A DNA stretch of 64,000 bases from the NCBI GenBank assembly GCA_964505085.1, contig CAZDGP010000001.1:20581-84580 (forward strand), in the 5' to 3' direction. Every line of letters starts with the position of its first letter. The first letter of the stretch is position 1. The position numbers and the translations under genes are program-made. This DNA is from an uncultured Thermoplasmatales archaeon. Lineage in GTDB: Archaea > Thermoplasmatota > SW-10-69-26 > JACQPN01 > CAZDGP01. The notes under the pieces are model-generated. The model was not told the DNA's origin and did no database searches. It worked only from the letters and a program-made list of their open reading frames with translations. This document shows, piece after piece, positions 18,059-25,977 of the stretch.

Positions 18059-18082
18059 CCACCGAACTTCATCACTCGCATC
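18059..18082 (-). repeat. Copy B of the 24-nt direct repeat, fused to the tyrA stop (TGATG)
   Basis: Same 24-mer as 17874-17897, 185 nt away. It opens a 64-codon ORF (18081 to 17887) beginning MRVMKFGGT. Confidence 0.9.
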
Positions 18083-19196
18083 AGTCCCCACCTCCGCCGC
18101 TGAAGTACGTCATGTTCGCGTCCATCCGATCCACGAAGGCCTCGCGGTCCTCCAGGGATGCCTTGAGCTCGTCCAGGGCGCTCCGGATGGCGTTGAAGAC
18201 CTCCGGTGTGTGGTCGTTGAGGGTCTGGATCTCGTAGTAGAGGTGCCTGTTCTCCCCCGCGAGCTCCCGGGCTATGTTCACCTGCTTGGTGAAGGTGGGG
18301 CCCCCGTGGTGGTCGAGGTGGTCGAACCCGTGGGGTCCGGCCCGGAGCACGTCGGCGAAGAGGATGTTCATGGCGTGGGGGAGCCCCAACGTGTAGGCCA
18401 TGACGCTGTCGTGGGCCTCCACGGGCATATCCAGCACGTGGACGGCGGTGTGGGTGAAGAGCTGCCTGGCCGCCTCCGTGGCATCCTCGTGCCCGCAGTG
18501 GAGCACCAGGAGGTTCTTGTCCGCCAGGAGGTCCGTGTTCGGTCCCCACATGGGATGGAGGCTCGTCACCGCTTGCCCCGACTTGGCCATGCGCAGGAGA
18601 CGGTCCTGGAAGGGGCCCTTGAGGCTCGCGATGTCGAAGACGAGAGCGTCCGTGGACCCCTCCAGGGTCGCCAGGACGCCGTCCACGGTGCTCGGTGGGG
18701 AGGCGACGACGACGAGGTCCGCGTCCGGGGCCACGGCCGTCAGGTCCTCCGCGTGGTCCACCCCGGGCACGGGTCCCGCGGGGTCCACGGTGGTGACGTG
18801 GAAGCCCGTGCCCCGGAGGAACTCGGTGAACCACCGACCCATGTCACCCGCGCCGCCTACGAGAACCGCGTGGTCGCCCTCGCCGATGTGGCGCTCCGCG
18901 TGAGCGTCCCGCTCCTGCACCCGCAGAGCCTCCTTGATGAGGAGCTTCACCAGCTCCTCGGCAAGGTCCGGGTTGCTCCCCTCCCCCTCAGCGGCGGTGC
19001 GGGCGTGCTCGATGGCCGAGCGCTCCACGCCGTAGTCCCGGATGGGCAAGCCTCCGGTGCGTTTCCGCTCCCCGATCTCCCGGACGGTGCGCACGCGGTC
19101 GGCAGCGAGCTCCACGAGGCGCTCGTCGAGCCCCCTCAGGCGGGCGCGAAGGCCGTCGAGGCCGAGTTCGTCACCCTCCTCCCTGGTGTCGCTCAT
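18081..19196 (-). CDS. tyrA: Bifunctional chorismate mutase / prephenate dehydrogenase
   Basis: N-terminal AroQ-type block LRARLRGLDERLVELAADRVRTVREIGERK, then AVLVGGAGDMGRWF Rossmann fold and a prephenate dehydrogenase body. Confidence 0.85.
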   Translation of the reverse strand: MSDTREEGDELGLDGLRARLRGLDERLVELAADRVRTVREIGERKRTGGLPIRDYGVERSAIEHARTAAEGEGSNPDLAEELVKLLIKEALRVQERDAHAERHIGEGDHAVLVGGAGDMGRWFTEFLRGTGFHVTTVDPAGPVPGVDHAEDLTAVAPDADLVVVASPPSTVDGVLATLEGSTDALVFDIASLKGPFQDRLLRMAKSGQAVTSLHPMWGPNTDLLADKNLLVLHCGHEDATEAARQLFTHTAVHVLDMPVEAHDSVMAYTLGLPHAMNILFADVLRAGPHGFDHLDHHGGPTFTKQVNIARELAGENRHLYYEIQTLNDHTPEVFNAIRSALDELKASLEDREAFVDRMDANMTYFSGGGGD

Positions 19197-20302
19197 GGGA
19201 CGTGGGGCTCCTCCGGCGTGCCGGCGTTGGGGTCGCGCTGGAGCACGAGGTCGGCGAGGACCACGCGGGCCATGGCCTCCACCACCGGCACGGCCCGAGG
19301 CACGATGCAGGGGTCGTGGCGGCCCTTCACCTCCAGCTCGGTCTCCTCCATGGACTCCAGGTCCACGGTGCCCTGGGGTTGGGCGATGCTGCTCGTGGGT
19401 TTGAAGGCGATGCGGAAGCGCAGGGGCATCCCCGTGGTGAGGCCGCCCAGGATGCCTCCCATGCTGTTGGTGGGGTTCACCACGCGTCCGTCCTCGTCGA
19501 GGCGGAAGATGTCGTTGCTCTCGCTTCCCCGCATCTCGGAGAGGCGGAACCCGTCACCGAACTCGATGCCCTTGGCGGCAGGGATGACGAAGGCCCCGTG
19601 GGCGAGGACGGACTCCACGTCGTCCACGATGGGTTCGCCAAGGCCCACGGGGACGTTCTCCACCACGCATTCCACCACGCCCCCGCGGCTGTCCTTCTGG
19701 CTGCGGGCCTCCATGATGCAGGCCTCCATGGCCTCCGCCACGTCGGGCACGGCGCAGCGCACGGGGTTGGACTCCACCCGCTCCCGGATCTCGGAGACCG
19801 ACAGCTCCTCGTCGGTGTGCTCGGGTCCGATGCGGACGGTGTGGGCGGCAAGCTCCATGCCGACGCTGTCCAGGACCTTCTGCCCCAAGGCGCCTGCCAT
19901 GACGAGACCCGCCGTGAGGCGGGCGCTGAACATGCCGCCGCCCCGGTAGTCGTTCCATCCCTTGTAGCGGACGCGGGCGGGGTAGTCGCTGTGGCCGGGG
20001 CGGGGGGTGTGCTTGCGCTCGTGGTACTTCGTGCTGTCCTTGTCCCGGTTCGTGATCTCCATGAACACGGGGGAGCCCGTGGTGCGGCCGTTGAAGGTGC
20101 CAGCGCGGATGTGGCCCTCGTCGGGTTCCCGCCGTTGCGTGGTGAGGAGGGATTGACCGGGGCGGCGGCGGTCCAACTCCGGTTGCACATCCTCCTCCGA
20201 GAAGGGCAACCCGGGGGGGACGCCGTCCACGTGGACACCCACCATCTTGCCGTGGGACTCACCCATGAAGGTCACGCGGAAGCGTCGCCCGAGGGTGTGC
20301 AT
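19193..20302 (-). CDS. aroC: Chorismate synthase
   Basis: FRVTFMGESHGKMVGVHVDGVPPGL and GRHDPCIVPRAVPV. Confidence 0.92.
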   Translation of the reverse strand: MHTLGRRFRVTFMGESHGKMVGVHVDGVPPGLPFSEEDVQPELDRRRPGQSLLTTQRREPDEGHIRAGTFNGRTTGSPVFMEITNRDKDSTKYHERKHTPRPGHSDYPARVRYKGWNDYRGGGMFSARLTAGLVMAGALGQKVLDSVGMELAAHTVRIGPEHTDEELSVSEIRERVESNPVRCAVPDVAEAMEACIMEARSQKDSRGGVVECVVENVPVGLGEPIVDDVESVLAHGAFVIPAAKGIEFGDGFRLSEMRGSESNDIFRLDEDGRVVNPTNSMGGILGGLTTGMPLRFRIAFKPTSSIAQPQGTVDLESMEETELEVKGRHDPCIVPRAVPVVEAMARVVLADLVLQRDPNAGTPEEPHVP

Positions 20303-20306
20303 GGTC

Positions 20307-21593
20307 TCAGGTCACCTCCACACGGATGCCGGCATCGCGCATGTGGGTGAGGAAGGCGGGGTAGGAGACCTTGAAGCTGTCCCTATCGGCGAAGCTCACC
20401 GGGTCCGAGGCGCCCAAGGCCAGCACGGTGCCCGCCATGAGGATGCGGTGGTCGTGCCGGGTCTCGATGCGGCCCCCCTTCACGGGCCCCCCGGTGACCT
20501 CCGCGCCGTCCTCGAGCTCCCGGGCTTCCACGCCCACGGCCCGGAGAGCTGTCACCATGGCGTCGATGCGGTCGCTCTCCTTGTGGCGTAGGTGGGCGGC
20601 ACCGGTGAAGCGGCTGGTGCCGTCGGCGTGGGCGGCGAGGGCGCAGAGCACGGGGAAGAGGTCGGGGGTGTCACCCAGGTCGAGGTCCACGGGCGCGAGC
20701 TCCTCCGAGCCCTCCACGGTGACCCCGTCCCCGTCCCGGGTCACGGGGGCGCCGAAGGCCTCCAGGTGCTGGAGGAAGGCGCGGTCACCCTGGGGGTCCT
20801 CGGGGGGGAGGTTCTCCACGCGGCAACGGCCCCCGGTGACGGCGGCAGCAGCCAGGGGGAAGGCGGCGCTGCTGTAGTCCCCGGGAACGCGGTAGTCGGC
20901 GCCGGGGAGAGCTTGATCACCCGGCACGTCGAAGCCGTGGGCGTCGCCGGTTGCCTCGCCGCCGAAGGCCTCCAGGGTGGCGAGGGTCATGTCCACGTAG
21001 GGTCGGCTCCGGAGGGGGGAGGTCAACCTGACGCTCACGCCGCCCTCGGTGCGGGCACCGGCGAGGACGAGTCCGCTCACGAACTGGCTGGAGACGTCAC
21101 CTGGGAGCTCCGCGGCACCGCCCTCCATGGGACCCCGCACCACCACGGGGGCGCGGCCGTTCCCTCGGGTGCTGAAGGCGTCGGCTCCCAGCTCCCAGAG
21201 GGCATCGAGCAGAGGCCCCATGGGTCGGGTGCGGAGGCTCGCGTCCCCCGTGAGCACCGTCGTGCCGGACGCGAGCGCGCTCACGGCGGTGGCGAGGCGG
21301 AGCGTGGTGCCGCTGTTGTGGCACAAGATCACGTCCTCGGGTACGCGGGGGTGGCCGCCTTGGATCCGGATCTCGTCCCCGGTGTCCTCCACGGTGGCGC
21401 CGAGGGCCTTCACGGCTGCCAGGGTCGCCAGGGTGTCCTGGCTCCGGAGGGGGTCCCGGATGGTGCTCTCCCGGGAGAGCCCCGCCAGGATCAGGGCGCG
21501 ATGCGTGTAGGACTTGCTCGGGGGCGCCGAGACCGTGCCCTGGAAGGTTCCCGGATGTACGGTCAGGCTCCCTCGCTCCTCCTCCAGCGTCAT
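20307..21593 (-). CDS. aroA: 5-enolpyruvylshikimate-3-phosphate synthase
   Basis: 428-aa tail of the track ORF. SAPPSKSYTHRALILAGL, LPGDVSSQFVSGLVLAG, HKESDRIDAMV. ATGA overlap with the aroK stop. Confidence 0.92.
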   Translation of the reverse strand: MTLEEERGSLTVHPGTFQGTVSAPPSKSYTHRALILAGLSRESTIRDPLRSQDTLATLAAVKALGATVEDTGDEIRIQGGHPRVPEDVILCHNSGTTLRLATAVSALASGTTVLTGDASLRTRPMGPLLDALWELGADAFSTRGNGRAPVVVRGPMEGGAAELPGDVSSQFVSGLVLAGARTEGGVSVRLTSPLRSRPYVDMTLATLEAFGGEATGDAHGFDVPGDQALPGADYRVPGDYSSAAFPLAAAAVTGGRCRVENLPPEDPQGDRAFLQHLEAFGAPVTRDGDGVTVEGSEELAPVDLDLGDTPDLFPVLCALAAHADGTSRFTGAAHLRHKESDRIDAMVTALRAVGVEARELEDGAEVTGGPVKGGRIETRHDHRILMAGTVLALGASDPVSFADRDSFKVSYPAFLTHMRDAGIRVEVT

Positions 21594-22474
21594 GACGTGG
21601 TCACCTCGGCAGGGTCGTTCACGGGGGGAACGGTGAGCAGGTCGCCGTCGAGGGGGCTCCAGGCATCCCGGATGGCGTCCGCGTGCTCCATCGGTGCCAC
21701 GGCGGCCACGGCGGGTCCCGTGCCCGTGACGCCGGCTGCGTGGGCACCCGCACCCACGGCCGCGAGAGGGACGTCCGCGGGCAGCCCGTAGAGGGCGCCG
21801 TAGGCGAGGCCGTTCACCTGCAGTGCATCGAGCCAGCGCTCCTCCAGCGCCAGCTCGTGAGCGAGGCTCGCCGCTCTCGTGAGCACATCGTGGTCCAGCT
21901 CCGCTGCCTCCCGGGTGGCCACCTGGCGGGGGGGCACGTGGAGGACCACGCGGAGGTCCTCCGGCACCTCGTAGCGGTGGAGGAGCTCCCGCTTCGGGTT
22001 GTGCGTGACGCAAACACCGCCCATGAGGGCGGCGGAGGCATCGTCCCAGGCTCCGGTGACGGTGACGCCGGCGCGGAGGCTCGCCTCCACGCTCGCCTCC
22101 AGGCAGGCGGCGCGTCCGAGGCGCTCTCCGTCCTCGTGGTGGGCGACAGCTGCGTCGGTGGCGAGGGCGGCGGCCACCGTGGCAGCGCTGCTGGACTTGA
22201 GGCCCCGGCTCACGGGGACCTCGCTTCGGGTCGTAACGTGGGCACCGAAGGTGCTCTCGACCCCGTGGATCTTCAGGACCTCCCGAACGGTCTCCACCAC
22301 GGCATCAGGCGCGAGGTCCGGGTGATCCTCGACGGTGACCTCCACCGTCCCGGGTTCGTCCGTGAGCTCGACCGTGCACGAGAGGGGTAGGTCCACCGCG
22401 AGGCTCGCCCCACGGCCCGTGGCGAGGGCGTTCACGATGCTCACCCCGCCGTGGGTCACCGCGTGGCCCGCCAT
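21590..22474 (-). CDS. aroK: Archaeal GHMP-type shikimate kinase
   Basis: GHMP-like fold (HGGVSIVNALATGRGASLAV...GLKSSSAATVA); size and position match archaeal shikimate kinases. ATG 22474 has GGAGGTGA 6 nt upstream. Confidence 0.75.
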   Translation of the reverse strand: MAGHAVTHGGVSIVNALATGRGASLAVDLPLSCTVELTDEPGTVEVTVEDHPDLAPDAVVETVREVLKIHGVESTFGAHVTTRSEVPVSRGLKSSSAATVAAALATDAAVAHHEDGERLGRAACLEASVEASLRAGVTVTGAWDDASAALMGGVCVTHNPKRELLHRYEVPEDLRVVLHVPPRQVATREAAELDHDVLTRAASLAHELALEERWLDALQVNGLAYGALYGLPADVPLAAVGAGAHAAGVTGTGPAVAAVAPMEHADAIRDAWSPLDGDLLTVPPVNDPAEVTTS

Positions 22475-23973
22475 GCGCTCACCTCCAGGTGGTCCTCCAG
22501 GACCCGGCGCATGACGGCGACGGGAGGGTCCTCCCGGGTCCACAACCGGAAGGCCTCGGCCCCCTGGTGGAGGAGGAGCTCCTCCCCGGGGACGACGGTG
22601 CAGCCCTGCTCGCGGGCACCCTGGAGGAGCGGGGTGCCGCCGCGGCGGTAGACGGCGTCGAAGACGACGACGTCCCCGGGGATGCAGGTGGGGTCGATGG
22701 GGGTGTCGTCCCCGTGGTGGCCGAGGCTCGTGCAGTTGAGGACGACGTCCACGTCCTCCACGACGCTCGGGGCATCATCCAGGGCGAGGGGGGTGCCGGC
22801 CACGTGCTTGGCGAGGCTCCGTGCCTTGCCCCGGGTACGGTTCGCCACGGTGACGTCCGCGCCCTGGCCTGCCAGGGCGTGGGCGATGGCCCGTGCCGCC
22901 CCCCCGGCGCCCAGGACGAGGCAACGGGCGGTCTCGGGCTCCACGCCGGCGTTGCGGAGGGCTTGGAGGGTGCCTGCTCCGTCGGTGTTGTGGGCGAGGA
23001 CCTGGCCCTCCTCCACGACGAGGGTGTTGGCGGTGCCGCTCGCCTCCACGGTGGGGGTGACGCCGTCCACGTGCTGGAGGACCGCCTCCTTGTGGGGGGC
23101 GGTGACGTTGGCTCCCGCCACGTCGAGGGTGCGGAGGGCCTGCACGGCGTTTCCGACACCCTCCGCGGGGACGTCGGCGGCGAGGTACACGGCATCCACC
23201 CCCCGGGCATGGAGCGCAGCCGTCTGCATGGCGGGGCTCAGGCTGTGGTCCACGGGGTGGCCCAGGAGGAGCAGGAGGCGCGTGTCCGCGCTTACGGAGG
23301 GTTCGCGGAAGGCGCCGTGTACGCGCTTGACGAGAGGAACGGGCACCTGGCCTGCGGCGGCGGCCTCCCCGTCCTCCAGGCTGGCGTAGGTGAGGGGTTG
23401 GCGGAGACCCGGCGCGGCGAGGCGCAGGATGGGGTCGTTGATGCCCATGGTGGCGAGGCGCAGACCCTCGCGGTGGGCGCGGCGGGTGGCCTCCACGAGG
23501 ACGGCAGCATCCCGGGCGTCCCGGATCGTGGTGGCGAGCTTGGCACCCCACGCGCCCATGTCGTGGGCTTCCCGGGCGAACTCCAGCGCGTCCTCGAGGT
23601 GCGGGGTGCCGTCCCGATCGTGGTGGCTCAGGAGCACGCGCCCCTGGGTGTGCACCGCGTGGTCCAGGAGCTCGTCCCGTCCGGGAGCGTCCCGTTCCAC
23701 ATCCACGAGGACGTAGGGCGCCTCCAACGCCGTGGAGAGGAGCTCGGTTCGCGTCGCCTCCGGACCATCGTAGGACCCCCCATGCGTCGTGGGTCGGAGG
23801 GTGGCGATGGCGGGGCGCTGAAGCTCCTGCGGGAGCCGTGTCACGGTGGCGGCGTCCAGGTGCTGGAGCGCGTCGAGGCGGGCTTCCACGAGGTCGGCGC
23901 TCGTGTGGGCGCTCGCCTCCGCCATGGCGTCGGGCGTCTCCTGGACGAGGCTCGCGCAGACGAGGGGCTCCAT
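22456..23973 (-). CDS. aroD/aroE: Fusion of type I 3-dehydroquinate dehydratase and shikimate dehydrogenase
   Basis: The N-terminal half resembles type I DHQase. The C-terminal half has LLLLGHPVDHSLSPAMQTAALHARG and VLGAGGAARAIAHAL. Confidence 0.85.
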   Translation of the reverse strand: MEPLVCASLVQETPDAMAEASAHTSADLVEARLDALQHLDAATVTRLPQELQRPAIATLRPTTHGGSYDGPEATRTELLSTALEAPYVLVDVERDAPGRDELLDHAVHTQGRVLLSHHDRDGTPHLEDALEFAREAHDMGAWGAKLATTIRDARDAAVLVEATRRAHREGLRLATMGINDPILRLAAPGLRQPLTYASLEDGEAAAAGQVPVPLVKRVHGAFREPSVSADTRLLLLLGHPVDHSLSPAMQTAALHARGVDAVYLAADVPAEGVGNAVQALRTLDVAGANVTAPHKEAVLQHVDGVTPTVEASGTANTLVVEEGQVLAHNTDGAGTLQALRNAGVEPETARCLVLGAGGAARAIAHALAGQGADVTVANRTRGKARSLAKHVAGTPLALDDAPSVVEDVDVVLNCTSLGHHGDDTPIDPTCIPGDVVVFDAVYRRGGTPLLQGAREQGCTVVPGEELLLHQGAEAFRLWTREDPPVAVMRRVLEDHLEVSAWRATR

Positions 23974-23974
23974 G

Positions 23975-25003
23975 TTAGACCTCCCGGATGGACTCGTCGA
24001 CGCTGCGTCCGAAATGCCGCCCGCCCTCCTCCAACCGCACGAGGACCTCGTCGCCGGGTTCGAGGTCCACCACGCTCTTGGGGCCGTCGGGGGTGACGAG
24101 GCGGATGGTCTCGGCGTTCTGCAGGAGGGTGGTGAAGGTGCGGTCCTGCGCCTGGGCCTCCACGAGGAGCAACGGGCGTCGTTCGATCTTCACGCGGCCC
24201 AGCACCACCGTGCGGGTGCGTCCGTCCTCGTCCACCACCAGGACCTCGTCGCCGCTCTCGAGCTCGCTCAGGTACCGGGTTCGACCGTCGGGGCCCAGGA
24301 GGTAGGCGTGGACGGGGCCTGCGTTCACGCGGAAGGGCCGGCTCGCCACGTAGTCGCTCTCGAGGCTCTCGCTGTGGACGAGGAAGAGGGCGCTGCTGGT
24401 GCTTCCCAGGAGCATGCCCTCGCCGGGGACGAGGAGGCTCGCGGTGTCGACGCAGACGCGGTCGCCGCTCCCAACGGGGCGCACATCGCGCACGGTGGCG
24501 TGGGTGAGCTCGAGGGTGGGGCCCTGGCGACTGGATAGGTAGGCGGCGAGCTGGAGCACCTCATCGGGATCGTCCGTGCGGAGGACGACGCCGTCGGTGC
24601 CCACGTCCAGGGTCTCCAGGACGAGCTTGGCCTCCTCGGCGGAGCGCACCTCACCGAGTAGCTTGGTGGTGGTGCCCTGCGCCTCCGCGATGAGGTTCTC
24701 GATGGGGATGATCTTCCAGTCGGAGCCGCTCACCACGAGGTTCTCCACGTCACCCACGAGGTCGAAGGCGGTGTCCTGGTCGTCGCCGCTGGCGATCTCC
24801 ACGCGTTCCCCGGCACGTCCTCCATCCACCGTGGTGTAGGTGCCCTCGTCGAGGTGGAGGGTGTCGAAGCTCCCGAGGTTCGTGAGGTCTTCGGTGGCGT
24901 TGGGGGGGAGGATGAATGTGGTGATGTCCCGCTCTAGGGCTGTGGTGAGGACTCTCTTCGCGGCCTCGCCCTCGGGGAGGTGGATCCAGACGATGGGTGC
25001 CAT
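23975..25003 (-). CDS. aroB': 3-dehydroquinate synthase II (DKFP pathway)
   Basis: GSGDRVCVDTASLL, RPFRVNAGPVHAY, GRVKIERRPLLLVEA and LQNAETIRLV match the MJ1249 family closely. Confidence 0.92.
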   Translation of the reverse strand: MAPIVWIHLPEGEAAKRVLTTALERDITTFILPPNATEDLTNLGSFDTLHLDEGTYTTVDGGRAGERVEIASGDDQDTAFDLVGDVENLVVSGSDWKIIPIENLIAEAQGTTTKLLGEVRSAEEAKLVLETLDVGTDGVVLRTDDPDEVLQLAAYLSSRQGPTLELTHATVRDVRPVGSGDRVCVDTASLLVPGEGMLLGSTSSALFLVHSESLESDYVASRPFRVNAGPVHAYLLGPDGRTRYLSELESGDEVLVVDEDGRTRTVVLGRVKIERRPLLLVEAQAQDRTFTTLLQNAETIRLVTPDGPKSVVDLEPGDEVLVRLEEGGRHFGRSVDESIREV

Positions 25004-25007
25004 GGTG

Positions 25008-25805
25008 TCACGAGGTGGGGGGGTTGCGGGCGGTCTTGGGCAACTCCCCCTGGAGGACGATGTCGGCGAGGGATCGCGTCATGGCCTCGGGGTCCTCCCG
25101 TTGCCAGACGTTGCGGCCGATGCTGATGCCGGCGCCGCCGGCCTCCACAGCGCCAGCCACCACCTCCCGCACCTCCTCGTCGCTCTCCATGCGGGCGCCG
25201 CCGCTGATCACCACGGGGACGTCCACGCTGTTCACGACCTCGCGGAAGCTCGCGGGGTCGCCGGTGTAGGGGACCTTGAGCACGTCGGCTCCGAGCTCCG
25301 CACCGAGGCGGGCCACGTGCTTCACGTGGTCCACGTCGTGGGGGTCGTCGATGGCGGGGCCGCGGGGGTACATCATGGCCAGGAGGGGCACGCCGTACCG
25401 TTGGCAGTCGGTGGCGAGGCGTCCCAGGTCCTGGACCTGGCGGGATTCGGTGGGGCTCCCGACGTTCACGTGGACGCTCACCCCGTCGGCTCCCAGCGCA
25501 AGAGCCTCCTCCACGGTGGCCACCACGCGCTTGTCGTTGGGGTCCGGGTTGAGGCTCGTGGAGGCGCTCACGTGGAGCCACAACCCCGCGTTCCCGAGGG
25601 CGTCGGAGACGCTGGGTACGAGGCCCTTGTGCACGACGATGCTGTGGGCACCCCCGCGTACGACGCTCGCCACCGTCTCGTCCACACGTTCGACGCCCCG
25701 GACGGGGCCTACGCTCACCCCATGGTCGAGGGGTACGATGACGCCGCGTCCCGAAGCGGGGTCGAGGAGACGACGCAACCTCCGTTCCTTGCCAAGGTTC
25801 CTCAT
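25008..25805 (-). CDS. aroA': 2-amino-3,7-dideoxy-D-threo-hept-6-ulosonate (ADH) synthase
   Basis: GVIVPLDHGVSVGP, ADGVSVHVNVGS, LLAMMYPRG, GADVLKVPYTGD and GISIGRNVWQ match the MJ0400 family (DhnA fold). Start at ATG 25805. Confidence 0.9.
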   Translation of the reverse strand: MRNLGKERRLRRLLDPASGRGVIVPLDHGVSVGPVRGVERVDETVASVVRGGAHSIVVHKGLVPSVSDALGNAGLWLHVSASTSLNPDPNDKRVVATVEEALALGADGVSVHVNVGSPTESRQVQDLGRLATDCQRYGVPLLAMMYPRGPAIDDPHDVDHVKHVARLGAELGADVLKVPYTGDPASFREVVNSVDVPVVISGGARMESDEEVREVVAGAVEAGGAGISIGRNVWQREDPEAMTRSLADIVLQGELPKTARNPPTS

Positions 25806-25835
25806 GGGCAACCCACCCCTCAAGGTGCGTCCGTC

Positions 25836-25843
25836 GTACTTAG
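25836..25843 (-). promoter_or_regulatory. TATA-like CTAAGTAC preceded by CAACGA (BRE-like), 37 nt upstream of aroA'
   Basis: The 14-mer CAACGNCTAAGTAC recurs at 54846-54859. Other spacers show the same AACG(C/A)+TTA(T/A) pattern. Confidence 0.4.
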
Positions 25844-25856
25844 TCGTTGTTGTATG
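25843..25856 (-). promoter_or_regulatory. Degenerate copy of the aromatic box (CATACAACAACGAC) abutting the aroA' TATA-like element
   Basis: 11 of 14 positions match CGTACAACGAAGAC. Confidence 0.3.
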
Positions 25857-25964
25857 TTTCCATCCACCAAGGTGCAAGGCTGGACCTCCACAGGAGGTTC
25901 AAGCGCCCAAGCGGGCGCATAGGCGGGGCCATCGTGCGCAAGTTACTTGTAACGATGCGTTTAT

Positions 25965-25977
25965 CCGTACAACGAAG
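25965..25977 (+). promoter_or_regulatory. 13-nt box CCGTACAACGAAG ending 3 nt before the ATG of the ACT-regulator gene
   Basis: Exact 13-mer repeated at 35080-35092 (trp promoter). Abuts the GTTTAT/ATAAAC hexamer at 25959-25965. Confidence 0.5.

Noticed and set aside
17897-18080. A lysine (L-box) riboswitch in the lysC leader, suggested by AGAGGCG and GCGGAAG strings and the approximately 180-nt length.
   Set aside because: There are only short GC-rich string similarities, and I could not build the five-helix L-box architecture by hand. To my knowledge the class is bacterial. It would need cmsearch with Rfam RF00168; a significant hit would revive the idea.
17874-18082. A MITE or insertion element with target-site duplication as the explanation for the 24-nt direct repeats.
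   Set aside because: The 24-nt repeat is much longer than typical target-site duplications. There are no terminal inverted repeats at the unit ends and no other copy of the 161-nt core in the window. Not excluded; a genome-wide copy count would decide.
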